Below, piece by piece: positions 60,600 to 64,000 of a stretch of 64,000 nt of DNA. The first letter of the stretch is position 1; each line of letters starts with the position of its first letter. A model generated the notes under the pieces. That model was not told the DNA's origin, did not search any database, and saw nothing but the letters and a program-made list of their open reading frames with translations. The stretch comes from Gammaproteobacteria bacterium (lineage in GTDB: Bacteria; Pseudomonadota; Gammaproteobacteria; GCA-001735895). The translations under genes and the position numbers were made by a program. The stretch lies in the NCBI GenBank assembly GCA_030066085.1, contig JASJCI010000001.1, positions 132,380 through 196,379 of the forward strand, read 5' to 3'.

Positions 60600-60637
60600 A
60601 ACGCCTGCCGAACCTTACTCGAATGGCGCCGATCTAG

Positions 60638-61129
60638 ATGAACGAATCGCTGGTACTGGCGGCCCAGTTTCTGCTCTGTGCCGGTATGAACGGCTGGATG
60701 CTGGTCGCGGTTTACGATAACTGGCGCCATCCGCAACTCAACAAAACGGGCGTGGCGATGGTCATGCGCTTCGACCTGATGGCGCGCGAGTACCCGGACG
60801 ATTTTCGCCAGCTGCAGCACCGCCGGATCGACAACCCGGGCATCATCCGTGCGATTTATTACTTCGTGGTCCTGTTCGAAACGGCGGCCGCGGCAACCCT
60901 GACCTTCGGCAGCCTGTGCCTGGGGCTGGCGCTGGCGGGCGCGGTCGAACCCGCATTTGCGCGTTCCGCCGCATTGGTCGGCGCACTTGTTTTTACCCTG
61001 AACTGGATCGGATTACTGATCGGCGGCAACTATTTCGCCTACTGGTACTGCCATTTCCAGGCCCAGGCGACCCATTTCCTGCTAACCCTGTGGGGCATTG
61101 CGCTGCTGCTCCTGCTGATACTGCCCTGA
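60638..61129 (+). CDS. Small integral membrane protein (DUF2165-like)
   Basis: 163 aa with four TM helices. Confidence 0.45.
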   Translation: MNESLVLAAQFLLCAGMNGWMLVAVYDNWRHPQLNKTGVAMVMRFDLMAREYPDDFRQLQHRRIDNPGIIRAIYYFVVLFETAAAATLTFGSLCLGLALAGAVEPAFARSAALVGALVFTLNWIGLLIGGNYFAYWYCHFQAQATHFLLTLWGIALLLLLILP

Positions 61130-61326
61130 TAGCCACTTCTGGCCGGGAGCCTTTTGCAAGCGGCCAGCTCGCATTGGCATGGCGTGTCGATCTGTGATAA
61201 AACACCGGATCATAAGAGGCAGATTCCCTGCTGCCCATAACAAGGCCAACAGCTAGCCGAAACTGACAACGAAGAGGCCCCAAGGCCCGAACGGAACCAC
61301 AATCAAGCAACCCTGAGGTACTACAC

Positions 61327-62931
61327 ATGGTGGACATCAAAGATCTCGAAAAAGCGGCCCGGGAAGGTAAGCTCGACCGTCGCGAATTCATCAAGCGCGC
61401 CGGCGCCCTCGGCCTCGCCGCGCCGTTTGCAACCACGCTGCTGACCCAGGCGGTACAGGCCGCAACACCGAAGAAAGGCGGCTATTACAAGCTCGGTTAC
61501 GGGCACGGCTCGACCACGGACTCGCTCGACCCCAGCACCCATGAAAACGGTTTCATGACCGCCACGGTTTATTCCTACGCCAACCACCTGTTCGAAGTCG
61601 AGAATACCGGTAAACTGGTGCCGGAACTGGCCGAGAGCTTCGAGGCCAGCAAGGACGCCACGACCTGGGTGATCAAGCTGCGCAAGGGCGTCGAGTTTCA
61701 CAACGGCAAGTCGTTCGGCGCCGACGACGTGATCGCGGCGATCAATCACCACCGCGGCGAGGATTCCAAATCCGCGGTCAAGTCGCTGCTCGACCCGGTC
61801 GTCGAAATGAAGAAAACCGGCAGTCACGAAGTGACGTTCACCCTCGCATCCGGCAACGCTGATTTCCCGTATATCCTGTCCGATTATCACCTGCCGATTC
61901 TGCCCGAGAAAGACGGCAGGATCGACTGGCAGGCGGGTGTCGGTACCGGCGGTTACATGGTGGAAAAATTCGACCCGGGCGTGAGCCTCAAGCTCAAGCG
62001 CAATCCCAACTACTGGAAAGCCGGGCGCGCGCACTTCGACGAGGCCGAACTCATTTCCCTGATCGACGTCACCGCGCGGCAGAACGCGGTCATGAACGAA
62101 GAAGTGCATGCGATCGACCGCTGCGATCCGAAGACCGTGCACCTGCTCGGTCGCAATCCGAAAATCCGGATTCTCGAGTCCACCGGCACGCTGCATTACA
62201 CGATGCCGATGCGGGTCAGCCAGGCGCCGTTCGACGATTACGACGTGCGCATGGCGCTCAAACTCGCCGTCGATCGCGAGCAGCTGGTGAAGAAAATTCT
62301 GCTCGGCCACGGTGCGATCGGCAACGACCATCCGATCTCGACCGCAAATCCTTATCACAACGGCGAAATGCCGCAGCGCGCCTACGATCCGGACAAGGCA
62401 AGGTTCCATATCAAGAAGGCCGGCATGGAAAACCAGCAGATCGATCTCAGCACCTCCGATGCCGCCTTCTCCGGCGCGGTCGACGCGGCGCTACTGGTGA
62501 AGGATTCGGCCGCCAAGGCCGGCATCAACATCAACGTCATACGCGAGCCGAAAGACGGCTACTGGTCGAACGTGTGGAACAAGAAGGGCTGGTGCACCTG
62601 CTACTGGGGCGGCCGCCCGACCGAGGACTGGATGTTTACCGCCGCCTATGTCGCGGAGAGCAAGTGGAACGACACCGACTGGCGCACCGGCCCCGCGGCG
62701 GACCGGTTCAACGAGCTGGTGGTCGCGGCGCGCTCCGAGCTCGACACTGCGAAACGGCGCGAGATGTACCACGAGTGCCAGCAACTCGTGAACGACGACG
62801 GCGGCGCGCTGGTGCCGATGTTCGCCAACTTTATCCAGGCGATCAACAAGCAGGTCGTGCATGCCGACCAGGTCGCGGCCAACTGGGACATGGACGGTCA
62901 CAAGTCGATCGAACGCTGGTGGTTCGCCTGA
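61327..62931 (+). CDS. ABC transporter substrate-binding protein, family 5, Tat-exported (second system)
   Basis: 534 aa with Tat motif DRREFIKRAGALGLAAP. About 40% identical to the SBP at 43484 in aligned blocks (PKKGG..., VTWHDGKP / VEFHNGKS). Confidence 0.85.
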   Translation: MVDIKDLEKAAREGKLDRREFIKRAGALGLAAPFATTLLTQAVQAATPKKGGYYKLGYGHGSTTDSLDPSTHENGFMTATVYSYANHLFEVENTGKLVPELAESFEASKDATTWVIKLRKGVEFHNGKSFGADDVIAAINHHRGEDSKSAVKSLLDPVVEMKKTGSHEVTFTLASGNADFPYILSDYHLPILPEKDGRIDWQAGVGTGGYMVEKFDPGVSLKLKRNPNYWKAGRAHFDEAELISLIDVTARQNAVMNEEVHAIDRCDPKTVHLLGRNPKIRILESTGTLHYTMPMRVSQAPFDDYDVRMALKLAVDREQLVKKILLGHGAIGNDHPISTANPYHNGEMPQRAYDPDKARFHIKKAGMENQQIDLSTSDAAFSGAVDAALLVKDSAAKAGININVIREPKDGYWSNVWNKKGWCTCYWGGRPTEDWMFTAAYVAESKWNDTDWRTGPAADRFNELVVAARSELDTAKRREMYHECQQLVNDDGGALVPMFANFIQAINKQVVHADQVAANWDMDGHKSIERWWFA

Positions 62932-63038
62932 TCGAGGCCTGAAAACCGGGGGCGGGTCGGCCTCGCCTCGCCCCCGTTACCTGCCGCGCAAGACCCCGGT
63001 CCACGGGGCGTCGGCAATAAAAAGGAGGGGGATTCAAC

Positions 63039-64000
63039 GTGCATCCTGTAGTACGCACCGTCTTACAACGACTCGGACTGGGTCTGGTCACGCTGTTCGT
63101 GGTATCGCTGATCCTGTTCAGCTCGATCGAGTTCCTGCCGGGTGATTTCGGCGAAGCCGTGCTCGGCCAGGCCGCGCTGCCGGAAACCGTGGCCGCGTTC
63201 CGCAAGGAACTCGGACTGGACCTGCCGATGCACGAACGTTACTGGCAGTGGCTCAAGGGCATGCTCACCGGTGACATGGGCAATTCCTTTTCCGGCCGCG
63301 GTGCCTCCGGGCAGGATCGCTCGCGCCCGGTGGTAGAGCTGCTCGGGCCGAGGCTCGCGAACACGCTATTCCTGGCCGCGATGGCGGCGGTTATCTCGGT
63401 GCCGCTGGCACTGTTTCTCGGCATTACCGCCGCGCTGTATCGCAATTCGATTTACGACCGTACGGTCAATGCCCTGACTTTGACGACCATTTCGTTTCCC
63501 GAGTTCTTCGTCGCCTACTGCCTGATCCTGATCCTGTCGTCGTTCACCAAGATATTCCCGTCGCTGGCCAACGTCGGGCCCGAGACCGAGTTCTGGGAAC
63601 GGGTGTACCTCACCGCCCTGCCCGCGCTGACCCTGACGCTGGTCATCGTCGCGCACATGATGCGCATGACCCGGGCCGCGATCATCAACCTGATGGCGAG
63701 CCCCTACATCGAGATGGCCGAGCTCAAGGGCACGCCCAAGGCCGAAATCATCCTGCGCCACGCGCTGCCCAACGCCTGGGCGCCGATCGTTACGGTCATC
63801 GCTTTCAACCTCGCCTACCTTGTCGTCGGCGTGGTCGTGGTCGAGGTGGTGTTCGTCTACCCCGGCGTCGGCCAGCTGATGGTGGACGCGGTTACCACGC
63901 GTGACGTGCCCGTGGTACAGGGCTGCGCAATGGTATTCGCGGCAACCTATATCCTGCTCAACCTGTTCGCCGACATCATTTCGATTATCACCAACCCCAG
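63039..64000 (+). CDS. ABC transporter permease (DppB-like), 3'-truncated by window end
   Basis: GTG 63039 preceded by AAGGAGGGGG. Translation VHPVVRTVLQRLGLGLVTLFVVSLILFSSIEFLPGDFGEAVLGQAALPETVAAFRKELGLD... parallels the permease at 45598. Confidence 0.75.
   Translation, partial: MHPVVRTVLQRLGLGLVTLFVVSLILFSSIEFLPGDFGEAVLGQAALPETVAAFRKELGLDLPMHERYWQWLKGMLTGDMGNSFSGRGASGQDRSRPVVELLGPRLANTLFLAAMAAVISVPLALFLGITAALYRNSIYDRTVNALTLTTISFPEFFVAYCLILILSSFTKIFPSLANVGPETEFWERVYLTALPALTLTLVIVAHMMRMTRAAIINLMASPYIEMAELKGTPKAEIILRHALPNAWAPIVTVIAFNLAYLVVGVVVVEVVFVYPGVGQLMVDAVTTRDVPVVQGCAMVFAATYILLNLFADIISIITNP

Overview
GC-rich (~62%) chromosomal segment of a proteobacterium, most likely a gammaproteobacterium: it carries hscB-iscA-iscS-iscR / trmJ / suhB synteny and a CbrAB-type two-component system. 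The window is densely coding on both strands. Most long antisense ORFs in the six-frame track are GC-artefacts. No rRNA, tRNA, CRISPR array, transposase or integrase was detected.

Gene content in order:
- 1-7.1 kb: an isc Fe-S operon that lacks iscU, a cpxP-like/response regulator/histidine kinase envelope-stress module, trmJ, suhB and lexA.
- 7.1-8.6 kb: an AT-richer islet with two unknown genes apparently co-transcribed with lexA, behind an unusual inverted repeat.
- 8.4-29 kb: an acetate-switch and glyoxylate-shunt neighbourhood. It holds the DUF4212 + SSF symporter pair, an exported unknown protein, a DUF294 cNMP/CBS nucleotidyltransferase with a DEDDh exonuclease, acs, cbrX-cbrA-cbrB-like genes, aceK, an HDOD/cNMP protein, rraA, aceA and a divergent LysR regulator.
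- 29-43 kb: prpE-like ligase, two OsmC paralogues, glycerate kinase, an aminotransferase, a divergent pair of paralogous Gpt-like phosphoribosyltransferases sharing a perfect palindrome, a sulfotransferase and MATE/MFS exporters.
- 43-64 kb: a transport and catabolic island, which I consider the most interesting region. It has two Dpp/Opp-type ABC importers, a TetR-MFS pair, a TMADH/StcD-type flavin-FeS demethylase-like oxidoreductase, an MttB-superfamily methyltransferase with no corrinoid partner, RidA, a creatininase-family hydrolase, a cytosine/creatinine-deaminase-like amidohydrolase, an FAD oxidase and a PDR/VanB-type reductase. This gene combination matches no described pathway and is a candidate novel system for catabolism of an N-methylated amine or amide.
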